Assembly: GCF_009914755.1 (NCBI RefSeq)
Contig: NC_060948.1
Direction: 5' to 3' (one strand)
Length of the DNA: 64,000 bases
DNA from: the human T2T-CHM13v2.0 reference genome, Homo sapiens
The translations under genes were made by a program, and so were the position numbers. The notes beneath the pieces were generated by a model that did no database searches, was not told where the DNA came from, and saw only the letters and a list, made by a program, of their open reading frames with translations. Shown in pieces: positions 1-20,038 of the stretch (position 1 is its first letter; the number at the start of each line of letters is the position of its first letter).

Positions 1-414
1 TTATACATATAACTAGATAAACATGTAATTCTACATATTTTCATTTATAATATGTAGAATTATATAATCATATATAATTATTTATATTCTATAAAAAATT
101 TTATCATTATATAAATTATAATATATAAAAATTATAATATGTACTACAAATATATATATATTATATATCATATATGATATAGTACCTTTGTTATATATCA
201 TAATACATATAAATGTGTATTATGTTATCTATAATTATATAATTTCATATATAAGATGTATAATATGTATCATATATTATATATGTTATGTAATATATAT
301 AGTATATATAAGATGACACAGGATAAATATTATATACTATGACATATAATATATATGAGGTTATATGTTACATATAAGGCATAGCACATAACATGTAATA
401 TATATCATATATAA

Positions 415-706
<292 letters not shown>

Positions 707-1275
707 AGATCCATATTTTTTAAATGAAAAAAAATTTCAAAGGTACTCTGCTTGGTACAATAATCAAATGTATAAACTGAGGAATAAAACATAACCATGA
801 AACCTACTTATAACTGCATATGGAAAATACAGAGGATAATTTTTTAAATAACATATTTTGAAAGCCTTAACTAGTAATTTGAAGAGTTGGCATTTGAAAG
901 GCCAGTATGAATATACCTTCAAAGCAGCAACACAGGTTCCCCATGAGAAAAAGCAAACACAGGGAAAATAAAAACACAAAGGTTCAATCTCTTCTGACCT
1001 TTGAAAGACACAGCAAAGACAGTGGTCCTTAGGACGAAGAGCAGGAGACCCCTAATTCCGTCACCATGGCGATAGGGCATAAACATTGCTGGGTGAGGGC
1101 ACAATCCACATTGTGAGGTCCAACTGCTGCCAGGAAGACAGGAGTGCTTTTACATAGACCGAAAGGTCATTGAAGGCTCAGAGTTTTCTTTCAAGAACTG
1201 AATCCCAAGCCCACACGTTATTAGGCTGCGCTTCTTAAAACAAGTTATGAGATGGGAAAAAGGGCACCCACAAAC
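707..1275. repeat. HSATI-type segment of the DYZ2 unit (representative; follows every Alu)
   Basis: A ~570-bp mixed-composition segment (AGATCCATATTTTTTAAATG...GGGCACCCACAAAC) lies between the Alu and the AT-rich tract in all 20 units. The name comes from the known DYZ2 structure, and the right boundary is approximate. Confidence 0.8.
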
Positions 1276-3126
<1,851 letters not shown>

Positions 3127-5254
3127 AGATCCATATTTTTTAAATGAAAAAAAATTTCAAAGGTACTCTGCTTGGTACAATAATCAAATGTATAAACTGA
3201 GGAATAAAACATAACCATGAAACCTACTTATAACTGCATATGGAAAATACAGAGGATAATTTTTTAAATAACATATTTTGAAAGCCTTAACTAGTAATTT
3301 GAAGAGTTGGCATTTGAAAGGCCAGTATGAATATACCTTCAAAGCAGCAACACAGGTTCCCCATGAGAAAAAGCAAACACAGGGAAAATAAAAACACAAA
3401 GGTTCAATCTCTTCTGACCTTTGAAAGACACAGCACAGACAGTGGTCCTTAGGACGAAGAGCAGGAGACCCCTAATTCCGTCACCATGGCGATAGGGCAT
3501 AAACATTGCTGGGTGAGGGCACAATCCACATTGTGAGGTCCAACTGCTGCCAGGAAGACAGGAGTGCTTTTACATAGACCGAAAGGTCATTGAAGGCTCA
3601 GAGTTTTGTTTCAAGAACTGAATCCCAAGCCCACACGTTATTAGGCTGCGCTTCTTAAAACAAGTTATGAGATGGGAAAAAGGGCACCCACAAACATACG
3701 TATACATTATGTATATAATAATAAACAGTATCATATATATAATATATATAACCTATGTATAATATTGTTTTACATCCTGCATCTTATGTTATATATATTG
3801 TATAAAATATACTAATTGATAGTATATAAGTTTTATGATTATACAATATGACATATAGTATATATTATAATTTATGACATATATAATATATGTTATATAT
3901 CATATATAGAATATATTATACGGTTAATATACGTATTAAATATAAATTATACATTATATATATTATATATAATATATCTGTTATATATAATACCCATTAT
4001 GCATAATATATATATTATGTCTATGTTATATATAGTATAAAACAACATATAATAATATATAATTGTATATATAAAATGCGACATATAATATATATTATAT
4101 TTTATAACATATGAAATATATATTATATATTATATATAATACGTTGTATGTATAATACCTATATTAAATATATATTATATGACTATGTTATTGATTACAT
4201 GTCACATGTGTTATATATTATATATTTTACATAGAATATACCGGTTACATACAATATATACCATGTTACCTATAATGTATAATTTATTACATGTAAAATA
4301 AAGAATGCAATACATTATGTATAATTTATAATATACCATATGTGGAATGTGATATATATAACATATAATATATGATATATGATATACAGTATATGATATA
4401 TAACATACAATATATGATTCCTAATATATATGGTATACAATATATATTTTATGATATGTATTCTATATGTTTTATATTCTGTTATATATAACTATTTGAA
4501 ATTATATATAACTGTATAATATTTTATGTAAATATGTAATATAATATATATAACTATATAATATATTATATATAACTATATATTATGTTATATATACTTT
4601 TATAACATAATTTACATAAAATATCATAATATAATATATATTATATTATTTCATATTACATAATATATATTACATATCACCCAATATAACTAACATACAT
4701 AATATTATAATATAGATTATATTGTGTTATATTAAATATCATATATATCATGTATCATATATTCTATAATATATATTACACATTATATAATATGTATGTT
4801 GTCTATTATGTGATATATATAACTATATATATAATTATATTTTTATACATATAACTAGATAAACATGTAATTCTACATATTTTCATTTATAATATGTAGA
4901 ATTATATAATCATATATAATTATTTATATTCTATAAAAAATTTTATCATTATATAAATTATAATATATAAAAATTATAATATGTACTACAAATATATATA
5001 TTATATATCATATATGATATAGTACCTTTGTTATATTTCATAATACATATAAATGTGTATTATGTTATCTATAATTATATAATTTCATATATAAGATGTA
5101 TAATATGTATCATATATTATATATGTTATGTAATATATATAGTATATATAAGATGACACAGGATAAATATTATATACTATGACATATAAAATATATGAGG
5201 TTATATGTTACATATAAGGCATAGCACATAACATTTAATATATATCATATATAA

Positions 5255-5546
<292 letters not shown>

Positions 5547-7674
5547 AGATCCATATTTTTTAAATGAAAAAAAATTTCAAAGGTACTCTGCTTGGTACAA
5601 TAATCAAATGTATAAACTGAGGAATAAAACATAACCATGAAACCTACTTATAACTGCATATGGAAAATACAGAGGATAATTTTTTAAATAACATATTTTG
5701 AAAGCCTTAACTAGTAATTTGAAGAGTTGGCATTTGAAAGGCCAGTATGAATATACCTTCAAAGCAGCAACACAGGTTCCCCATGAGAAAAAGCAAACAC
5801 AGGGAAAATAAAAACACAAAGGTTCAATCTCTTCTGACCTTTGAAAGACACAGCACAGACAGTGGTCCTTAGGACGAAGAGCAGGAGACCCCTAATTCCG
5901 TCACCATGGCGATAGGGCATAAACATTGCTGGGTGAGGGCACAATCCACATTGTGAGGTCCAACTGCTGCCAGGAAGACAGGAGTGCTTTTACATAGACC
6001 GAAAGGTCATTGAAGGCTCAGAGTTTTGTTTCAAGAACTGAATCCCAAGCCCACACGTTATTAGGCTGCGCTTCTTAAAACAAGTTATGAGATGGGAAAA
6101 AGGGCACCCACAAACATACGTATACATTATGTATATAATAATATACAGTATCATATATATAATATATATAACCTATGTATAATATTGTTTTACATCCTGC
6201 ATCTTATGTTATATATATTGTATAAAATATAATAATTGATAATATATAAGTTTTATAATTATACAATATGACATATAGTATATATTATAATTTATGACAT
6301 ATATAATATATGTTATATGTCACATATAGAATATATTATACGGTTAATATACGTATTAAATATAAATTATACATTATATATATTATATATAATATATCTG
6401 TTATATATAATACCCATTATGCATAATATATATATTATGTCTATGTTATATATAGTATAAAACAACATATAATAATATATAATTGTATATATAAAATGCG
6501 ACATATAATATATATTATATTTTATAACATATGTAATATATATTATATATTATATATAATACGTTGTATGTATAATACCTATATTAAATATATATTATAT
6601 GACTATGTTATTAATTACGTGTCACATGTGTTATATATTATATATTTTACATAGAATATACCGGTTACATACAACATATACTATGTTACCTATAATGTAT
6701 AATTTATTACATGTAAAATAAAGAATGCAACATATTATGTATAATTTATAATGTACCATATGTGGAATGTGATATATATAACATATAATATATGATATAT
6801 GATGTACAGTATATGATATATAACATACAATATATGATTCCTAATATATATGGTATACAATATATATTTTATGATATGAATTCTATATGTTTTATATTCT
6901 GTTATATATAACTATTTGAAATTATATATAACTGTATAATATTTTATGTAAATATGTAATATAATATATATAACTATATAATATATTATATATAACTATA
7001 TATTATGTTATATATACTTTTATAACATAATTTACATAAAATATCATAATATAATATATATTATATTATTTCATATTACATAATATATATTACATATCAC
7101 CCAATATAACTAACATACATAATATTATAATATACATTATATTATGTTATATTAAATATCATATATATCATGTATCATATATTCTATAATATATATTACA
7201 CATTATATAATATGCATGTTGTCTATTATGTGATATATATAACTATATATATAATTATATTTTTATACATATAACTAGATAAACATGTAATTCTACATAT
7301 TTTCATTTATAATATGTAGAATTATATAATCATATATAATTATTTATATTCTATAAAAAATTTTATCATTATATAAATTATAATATATAAAAATTATAAT
7401 ATGTACTACAAATATATATATTATATATCATATATGATATAGTACCTTTGTTATATATCATAATACATATAAATGTGTATTATGTTATCTATAATTATAT
7501 AATTTCATATATAAGATGTATAATATGTATCATATATTATATATGTTATGTAATATATATAGTATATATAAGATGACACAGGATAAATATTATATACTAT
7601 GACATATAAAATATATGAGGTTATATGTTACATATAAGGCATAGCACATAACATGTAATATGTATCATATATAA

Positions 7675-7966
7675 TTTTTTTTTAGACAGAATCTTGTCCT
7701 GTTGCACAGGGTGGGGTACAATGGCGCCATCTTTGCTCACTGCAACTTCTGCCTCACGGGTCCAAGCGATTGTCTTCCCTCAGCCTCCCAGGTAGCTGGG
7801 ACTACACCACACTGGGACTACACCAGCTGCCACCATGCCTAGCTAATTTTTTGGATTTTTAGTAGTGACAGCGTTTCACTGTATTGGCCAGGATGGTCTT
7901 GATCTCTTCACCTTGTGATCCCCTTGCCTTGGCCTCCAAATTTGCTGGGATTACAGGCCTGAGCCA
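7675..7966 (-). mobile_element. Alu, DYZ2 unit 4
   Basis: Copy of 415-706 (TGTCTTCCCT variant). Confidence 0.95.
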
Positions 7967-10094
7967 AGATCCATATTTTTTAAATGAAAAAAAATTTCAA
8001 AGGTACTCTGCTTGGTACAATAATCAAATGTATAAACTGAGGAATAAAACATAACCATGAAACCTACTTATAACTGCATATGGAAAATACAGAGGATAAT
8101 TTTTTAAATAACATATTTTGAAAGCCTTAACTAGTAATTTGAAGAGTTGGCATTTGAAAGGCCAGTATGAATATACCTTCAAAGCAGCAACACAGGTTCC
8201 CCATGAGAAAAAGCAAACACAGGGAAAATAAAAACACAAAGGTTCAATCTCTTCTGACCTTTGAAAGACACAGCACAGACAGTGGTCCTTAGGACGAAGA
8301 GCAGGAGACCCCTAATTCCGTCACCATGGCGATAGGGCATAAACATTGCTGGGTGAGGGCACAATCCACATTGTGAGGTCCAACTGCTGCCAGGAAGACA
8401 GGAGTGCTTTTACATAGACCGAAAGGTCATTGAAGGCTCAGAGTTTTGTTTCAAGAACTGAATCCCAAGCCCACACGTTATTAGGCTGCGCTTCTTAAAA
8501 CAAGTTATGAGATGGGAAAAAGGGCACCCACAAACATACGTATACATTATGTATATAATAATATACAGTATCATATATATAATATATATAACCTATGTAT
8601 AATATTGTTTTACATCCTGCATCTTATGTTATATATATTGTATAAAATATAATAATTGATAATATATAAGTTTTATAATTATACAATATGACATATAGTA
8701 TATATTATAATTTATGACATATATAATATATGTTATATGTCACATATAGAATATATTATACGGTTAATATACGTATTAAATATAAATTATACATTATATA
8801 TATTATATATAATATATCTGTTATATATAATACCCATTATGCATAATATATATATTATGTCTATGTTATATATAGTATAAAACAACATATAATAATATAT
8901 AATTGTATATATAAAATGCGACATATAATATATATTATATTTTATAACATATGTAATATATATTATATATTATATATAATACGTTGTATGTATAATACCT
9001 ATATTAAATATATATTATATGACTATGTTATTAATTACGTGTCACATGTGTTATATATTATATATTTTACATAGAATATACCGGTTACATACAACATATA
9101 CTATGTTACCTATAATGTATAATTTATTACATGTAAAATAAAGAATGCAACATATTATGTATAATTTATAATGTACCATATGTGGAATGTGATATATATA
9201 ACATATAATATATGATATATGATGTACAGTATATGATATATAACATACAATATATGATTCCTAATATATATGGTATACAATATATATTTTATGATATGAA
9301 TTCTATATGTTTTATATTCTGTTATATATAACTATTTGAAATTATATATAACTGTATAATATTTTATGTAAATATGTAATATAATATATATAACTATATA
9401 ATATATTATATATAACTATATATTATGTTATATATACTTTTATAACATAATTTACATAAAATATCATAATATAATATATATTATATTATTTCATATTACA
9501 TAATATATATTACATATCACCCAATATAACTAACATACATAATATTATAATATACATTATATTATGTTATATTAAATATCATATATATCATGTATCATAT
9601 ATTCTATAATATATATTACACATTATATAATATGCATGTTGTCTATTATGTGATATATATAACTATATATATAATTATATTTTTATACATATAACTAGAT
9701 AAACATGTAATTCTACATATTTTCATTTATAATATGTAGAATTATATAATCATATATAATTATTTATATTCTATAAAAAATTTTATCATTATATAAATTA
9801 TAATATATAAAAATTATAATATGTACTACAAATATATATATTATATATCATATATGATATAGTACCTTTGTGATATATCATAATACATATAAATGTGTAT
9901 TATGTTATCTATAATTATATAATTTCATATATAAGATGTATAATATGTATCATATATTATATATGTTATGTAATATATATAGTATATATAAGATGACACA
10001 GGATAAATATTATATACTATGACATATAAAATATATGAGGTTATATGTTACATATAAGGCATAGCACATAACATGTAATATGTATCATATATAA

Positions 10095-10386
10095 TTTTTT
10101 TTTAGACAGAATCTTGTCCTGTTGCACAGGGTGGGGTACAATGGCGCCATCTTTGCTCACTGCAACTTCTGCCTCACGGGTCCAAGCGATTGTCTTCCCT
10201 CAGCCTCCCAGGTAGCTGGGACTACACCACACTGGGACTACACCAGCTGCCACCATGCCTAGCTAATTTTTTGGATTTTTAGTAGTGACAGCGTTTCACT
10301 GTATTGGCCAGGATGGTCTTGATCTCTTCACCTTGTGATCCCCTTGCCTTGGCCTCCAAATTTGCTGGGATTACAGGCCTGAGCCA
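10095..10386 (-). mobile_element. Alu, DYZ2 unit 5
   Basis: Copy of 415-706 (TGTCTTCCCT variant shared with unit 4). Confidence 0.95.
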
Positions 10387-12484
10387 AGATCCATATTTTT
10401 TAAATGAAAAAAAATTTCAAAGGTACTCTGCTTGGTACAATAATCAAATGTATAAACTGAGGAATAAAACATAACCATGAAACCTACTTATAACTGCATA
10501 TGGAAAATACAGAGGATAATTTTTTAAATAACATATTTTGAAAGCCTTAACTAGTAATTTGAAGAGTTGGCATTTGAAAGGCCAGTATGAATATACCTTC
10601 AAAGCAGCAACACAGGTTCCCCATGAGAAAAAGCAAACACAGGGAAAATAAAAACACAAAGGTTCAATCTCTTCTGACCTTTGAAAGACACAGCACAGAC
10701 AGTGGTCCTTAGGACGAAGAGCAGGAGACCCCTAATTCCGTCACCATGGCGATACGGCATAAACATTGCTGGGTGAGGGCACAATCCACATTGTGAGGTC
10801 CAACTGCTGCCAGGAAGACAGGAGTGCTTTTACATAGACCGAAAGGTCATTGAAGGCTCAGAGTTTTGTTTCAAGAACTGAATCCCAAGCCCACACGTTA
10901 TTAGGCTGCGCTTCTTAAAACAAGTTATGAGATGGAAAAAAGGGCACCCACAAACATACGTATACATTATGTATATAATAATATACAGTATCATATATAT
11001 AATATATATAACCTATGTATAATATTGTTTTACATCCTGCATCTTATGTTATATATATTGTATAAAATATAATAATTGATAATATATAAGTTTTATAATT
11101 ATACAATATGACATATAGTATATATTATAATTTATGACATATATAATATATGTTATATATCATATATAGAATATATTATACGGTTAATATACGTATTAAA
11201 TATAAATTATACATTATATATATTATATATAATATATCTGTTATATATAATACCCATTATGCATAATATATATATTATGTCTATGTTATATATAGTATAA
11301 AACAACATATAATAATATATAATTGTATATAGAAAACGCGACATATAATATATATTATATTTTATGACATATGTAATATATATTATATAAAATACGTTGT
11401 ATGTATAATACCTATATTAAATATATATTATATGACTATGTTATTAATTACATGTCACATGTGTTATATATTATATATTTTACATAGAATATACCGGTTA
11501 CATACAATATATACTATGTTACCTATAATGTATAATTTATTACATGTAAAATAAAGAATGCAATATATTATGTAAAATTTATAATATACAATATGTGGAA
11601 TGTGATATATATAACATATAATATATGATATATGATATACAGTATATGATATATAACATACAATATATGATTCCTAATATATATGGTATACAATATATAT
11701 TTTATGATATGTATTCTATATGTTTTATATTCTGTTATATATAACTATTTGAAATTATATATAACTGTATAATATTTTACGTAAATATGTAATATAATAT
11801 ATATAACTTTATAATATATTATATATAACTATATATTATGTTATATATACTTTTATAACATAATTTACATAAAATATCATAATATAATATATATTATATT
11901 ATTTCATATTACATAATATATATTACATATCACCCAATATAACTAACATACATAATATTATAATATAGATTATATTCTGTTATATTAAATATCATATATA
12001 TCATGTATCATATATTCTATAATATATATTACACATTATATAATATGTATGTTGTCTATTATGTGATATATATAACTATATATATAATTATATTTTTATA
12101 CATATAACTAGATAAACATGTAATTCTACATATTTTCATTTATAATATGTAGAATTATATAATCATATATAATTATTTATATTCTATAAAAAATTTTATC
12201 ATTATATAAATTATAATATATAAAAATTATAATATGTACTACAAATATATATATTATATATCATATATGATATAGTACCTTTGTTATATATCATAATACA
12301 TATAAATGTGTATTATGTTATCTATAATTATATAATTTCATATATAAGATGTATAATATGTATCATACATTATATATGTTATGTAATATATATAGTATAT
12401 ATAAGATGACACAGGATAAATATTATATACTATGACATATAAAATATATGAGGTTATATGTTACATATAAGGCATAGCACATAA

Positions 12485-12799
<315 letters not shown>

Positions 12800-14897
12800 A
12801 GATCCATATTTTTTAAATGAAAAAAAATTTCAAAGGTACTCTGCTTGGTACAATAATCAAATGTATAAACTGAGGAATAAAACAAAACCATGAAACCTAC
12901 TTATAACTGCATATGGAAAATACAGAGGATAATTTTTTAAATAACGTATTTTGAAAGCCTTAACTAGTAATTTGAAGAGTTGGCATTTGAAAGGCCAGTA
13001 TGAATATACCTTCAAAGCAGCAACACAGGTTCCCCATGAGAAAAAGCAAACACAGGGAAAATAAAAACACAAAGGTTCAATCTCTTCTGACCTTTGAAAG
13101 ACACAGCACAGACAGTGGTCCTTAGGACGAAGAGCAGGAGACCCCTAATTCCGTCACCATGGCGATAGGGCATAAACATTGCTGGGTGAGGGCACAATCC
13201 ACATTGTGAGGTCCAACTGCTGCCAGGAAGACAGGAGTGCTTTTACATAGACCGAAAGGTCATTGAAGGCTCAGAGTTTTGTTTCAAGAACTGAATCCCA
13301 AGCCCACACGTTATTAGGCTGCGCTTCTTAAAACAAGTTATGAGATGGGAAAAAGGGCACCCACAAACATACGTATACATTATGTATATAATAATATACA
13401 GTATCATATATATAATATATATAACCTATGTATAATATTGTTTTACATCCTGCATCTTATGTTATATATATTGTATAAAATATAATAATTGATAATATAT
13501 AAGTTTTATAATTATACAATATGACATATAGTATATATTATAATTTATGACATATATAATATATGTTATATATCATATATAGAATATATTATACGGTTAA
13601 TATACGTATTAAATATAAATTATACATTATATATATTATATATAATATATCTGTTATATATAATACCCATTATGCATAATATATATATTATGTCTATGTT
13701 ATATATAGTATAAAACAACATATAATAATATATAATTGTATATAGAAAACGCGACATATAATATATATTATATTTTATGACATATGTAATATATATTATA
13801 TAAAATACGTTGTATGTATAATACCTATATTAAATATATATTATATGACTATGTTATTAATTACATGTCACATGTGTTATATATTATATATTTTACATAG
13901 AATATACCGGTTACATACAATATATACTATGTTACCTATAATGTATAATTTATTACATGTAAAATAAAGAATGCAATATATTATGTAAAATTTATAATAT
14001 ACAATATGTGGAATGTGATATATATAACATATAATATATGATATATGATATACAGTATATGATATATAACATACAATATATGATTCCTAATATATATGGT
14101 ATACAATATATATTTTATGATATGTATTCTATATGTTTTATATTCTGTTATATATAACTATTTGAAATTATATATAACTGTATAATATTTTACGTAAATA
14201 TGTAATATAATATATATAACTTTATAATATATTATATATAACTATATATTATGTTATATATACTTTTATAACATAATTTACATAAAATATCATAATATAA
14301 TATATATTATATTATTTCATATTACATAATATATATTACATATCACCCAATATAACTAACATACATAATATTATAATATAGATTATATTCTGTTATATTA
14401 AATATCATATATATCATGTATCATATATTCTATAATATATATTACACATTATATAATATGTATGTTGTCTATTATGTGATATATATAACTATATATATAA
14501 TTATATTTTTATACATATAACTAGATAAACATGTAATTCTACATATTTTCATTTATAATATGTAGAATTATATAATCATATATAATTATTTATATTCTAT
14601 AAAAAATTTTATCATTATATAAATTATAATATATAAAAATTATAATATGTACTACAAATATATATATTATATATCATATATGATATAGTACCTTTGTTAT
14701 ATATCATAATACATATAAATGTGTATTATGTTATCTATAATTATATAATTTCATATATAAGATGTATAATATGTATCATACATTATATATGTTATGTAAT
14801 ATATATAGTATATATAAGATGACACAGGATAAATATTATATACTATGACATATAAAATATATGAGGTTATATGTTACATATAAGGCATAGCACATAA

Positions 14898-15212
<315 letters not shown>

Positions 15213-17310
15213 AGATCCATATTTTTTAAATGAAAAAAAATTTCAAAGGTACTCTGCTTGGTACAATAATCAAATGTATAAACTGAGGAATAAAACAAAA
15301 CCATGAAACCTACTTATAACTGCATATGGAAAATACAGAGGATAATTTTTTAAATAACGTATTTTGAAAGCCTTAACTAGTAATTTGAAGAGTTGGCATT
15401 TGAAAGGCCAGTATGAATATACCTTCAAAGCAGCAACACAGGTTCCCCATGAGAAAAAGCAAACACAGGGAAAATAAAAACACAAAGGTTCAATCTCTTC
15501 TGACCTTTGAAAGACACAGCACAGACAGTGGTCCTTAGGACGAAGAGCAGGAGACCCCTAATTCCGTCACCATGGCGATAGGGCATAAACATTGCTGGGT
15601 GAGGGCACAATCCACATTGTGAGGTCCAACTGCTGCCAGGAAGACAGGAGTGCTTTTACATAGACCGAAAGGTCATTGAAGGCTCAGAGTTTTGTTTCAA
15701 GAACTGAATCCCAAGCCCACACGTTATTAGGCTGCGCTTCTTAAAACAAGTTATGAGATGGGAAAAAGGGCACCCACAAACATACGTATACATTATGTAT
15801 ATAATAATATACAGTATCATATATATAATATATATAACCTATGTATAATATTGTTTTACATCCTGCATCTTATGTTATATATATTGTATAAAATATAATA
15901 ATTGATAATATATAAGTTTTATAATTATACAATATGACATATAGTATATATTATAATTTATGACATATATAATATATGTTATATATCATATATAGAATAT
16001 ATTATACGGTTAATATACGTATTAAATATAAATTATACATTATATATATTATATATAATATATCTGTTATATATAATACCCATTATGCATAATATATATA
16101 TTATGTCTATGTTATATATAGTATAAAACAACATATAATAATATATAATTGTATATAGAAAACGCGACATATAATATATATTATATTTTATGACATATGT
16201 AATATATATTATATAAAATACGTTGTATGTATAATACCTATATTAAATATATATTATATGACTATGTTATTAATTACATGTCACATGTGTTATATATTAT
16301 ATATTTTACATAGAATATACCGGTTACATACAATATATACTATGTTACCTATAATGTATAATTTATTACATGTAAAATAAAGAATGCAATATATTATGTA
16401 AAATTTATAATATACAATATGTGGAATGTGATATATATAACATATAATATATGATATATGATATACAGTATATGATATATAACATACAATATATGATTCC
16501 TAATATATATGGTATACAATATATTTTTTATGATATGTATTCTATATGTTTTATATTCTGTTATATATAACTATTTGAAATTATATATAACTGTATAATA
16601 TTTTACGTAAATATGTAATATAATATATATAACTATATAATATATTATATATAACTATATATTATGTTATATATACTTTTATAACATAATTTACATAAAA
16701 TATCATAATATAATATATATTATATTATTTCATATTACATAATATATATTACATATCACCCAATATAACTAACATACATAATATTATAATATAGATTATA
16801 TTCTGTTATATTAAATATCATATATATCATGTATCATATATTCTATAATATATATTACACATTATATAATATGTATGTTGTCTATTATGTGATATATATA
16901 ACTATATATATAATTATATTTTTATACATATAACTAGATAAACATGTAATTCTACATATTTTCATTTATAATATGTAGAATTATATAATCATATATAATT
17001 ATTTATATTCTATAAAAAATTTTATCATTATATAAATTATAATATATAAAAATTATAATATGTACTACAAATATATATATTATATATCATATATGATATA
17101 GTACCTTTGTTATATATCATAATACATATAAATGTGTATTATGTTATCTATAATTATATAATTTCATATATAAGATGTATAATATGTATCATACATTATA
17201 TATGTTATGTAATATATATAGTATATATAAGATGACACAGGATAAATATTATATACTATGACATATAAAATATATGAGGTTATATGTTACATATAAGGCA
17301 TAGCACATAA

Positions 17311-17625
<315 letters not shown>

Positions 17626-19723
17626 AGATCCATATTTTTTAAATGAAAAAAAATTTCAAAGGTACTCTGCTTGGTACAATAATCAAATGTATAAACTGAG
17701 GAATAAAACAAAACCATGAAACCTACTTATAACTGCATATGGAAAATACAGAGGATAATTTTTTAAATAACGTATTTTGAAAGCCTTAACTAGTAATTTG
17801 AAGAGTTGGCATTTGAAAGGCCAGTATGAATATACCTTCAAAGCAGCAACACAGGTTCCCCATGAGAAAAAGCAAACACAGGGAAAATAAAAACACAAAT
17901 GTTCAATCTCTTCTGACCTTTGAAAGACACAGCACAGACAGTGGTCCTTAGGACGAAGAGCAGGAGACCCCTAATTCCGTCACCATGGCGATAGGGCATA
18001 AACATTGCTGGGTGAGGGCACAATCCACATTGTGAGGTCCAACTGCTGCCAGGAAGACAGGAGTGCTTTTACATAGACCGAAAGGTCATTGAAGGCTCAG
18101 AGTTTTGTTTCAAGAACTGAATCCCAAGCCCACACGTTATTAGGCTGCGCTTCTTAAAACAAGTTATGAGATGGGAAAAAGGGCACCCACAAACATACGT
18201 ATACATTATGTATATAATAATATACAGTATCATATATATAATATATATAACCTATGTATAATATTGTTTTACATCCTGCATCTTATGTTATATATATTGT
18301 ATAAAATATAATAATTGATAATATATAAGTTTTATAATTATACAATATGACATATAGTATATATTATAATTTATGACATATATAATATATGTTATATATC
18401 ATATATAGAATATATTATACGGTTAATATACGTATTAAATATAAATTATACATTATATATATTATATATAATATATCTGTTATATATAATACCCATTATG
18501 CATAATATATATATTATGTCTATGTTATATATAGTATAAAACAACATATAATAATATATAATTGTATATAGAAAACGCGACATATAATATATATTATATT
18601 TTATGACATATGTAATATATATTATATAAAATACGTTGTATGTATAATACCTATATTAAATATATATTATATGACTATGTTATTAATTACATGTCACATG
18701 TGTTATATATTATATATTTTACATAGAATATACCGGTTACATACAATATATACTATGTTACCTATAATGTATAATTTATTACATGTAAAATAAAGAATGC
18801 AATATATTATGTAAAATTTATAATATACAATATGTGGAATGTGATATATATAACATATAATATATGATATATGATATACAGTATATGATATATAACATAC
18901 AATATATGATTCCTAATATATATGGTATACAATATATATTTTATGATATGTATTCTATATGTTTTATATTCTGTTATATATAACTATTTGAAATTATATA
19001 TAACTGTATAATATTTTACGTAAATATGTAATATAATATATATAACTTTATAATATATTATATATAACTATATATTATGTTATATATACTTTTATAACAT
19101 AATTTACATAAAATATCATAATATAATATATATTATATTATTTCATATTACATAATATATATTACATATCACCCAATATAACTAACATACATAATATTAT
19201 AATATAGATTATATTCTGTTATATTAAATATCATATATATCATGTATCATATATTCTATAATATATATTACACATTATATAATATGTATGTTGTCTATTA
19301 TGTGATATATATAACTATATATATAATTATATTTTTATACATATAACTAGATAAACATGTAATTCTACATATTTTCATTTATAATATGTAGAATTATATA
19401 ATCATATATAATTATTTATATTCTATAAAAAATTTTATCATTATATAAATTATAATATATAAAAATTATAATATGTACTACAAATATATATATTATATAT
19501 CATATATGATATAGTACCTTTGTTATATATCATAATACATATAAATGTGTATTATGTTATCTATAATTATATAATTTCATATATAAGATGTATAATATGT
19601 ATCATACATTATATATGTTATGTAATATATATAGTATATATAAGATGACACAGGATAAATATTATATACTATGACATATAAAATATATGAGGTTATATGT
19701 TACATATAAGGCATAGCACATAA

Positions 19724-20038
<315 letters not shown>

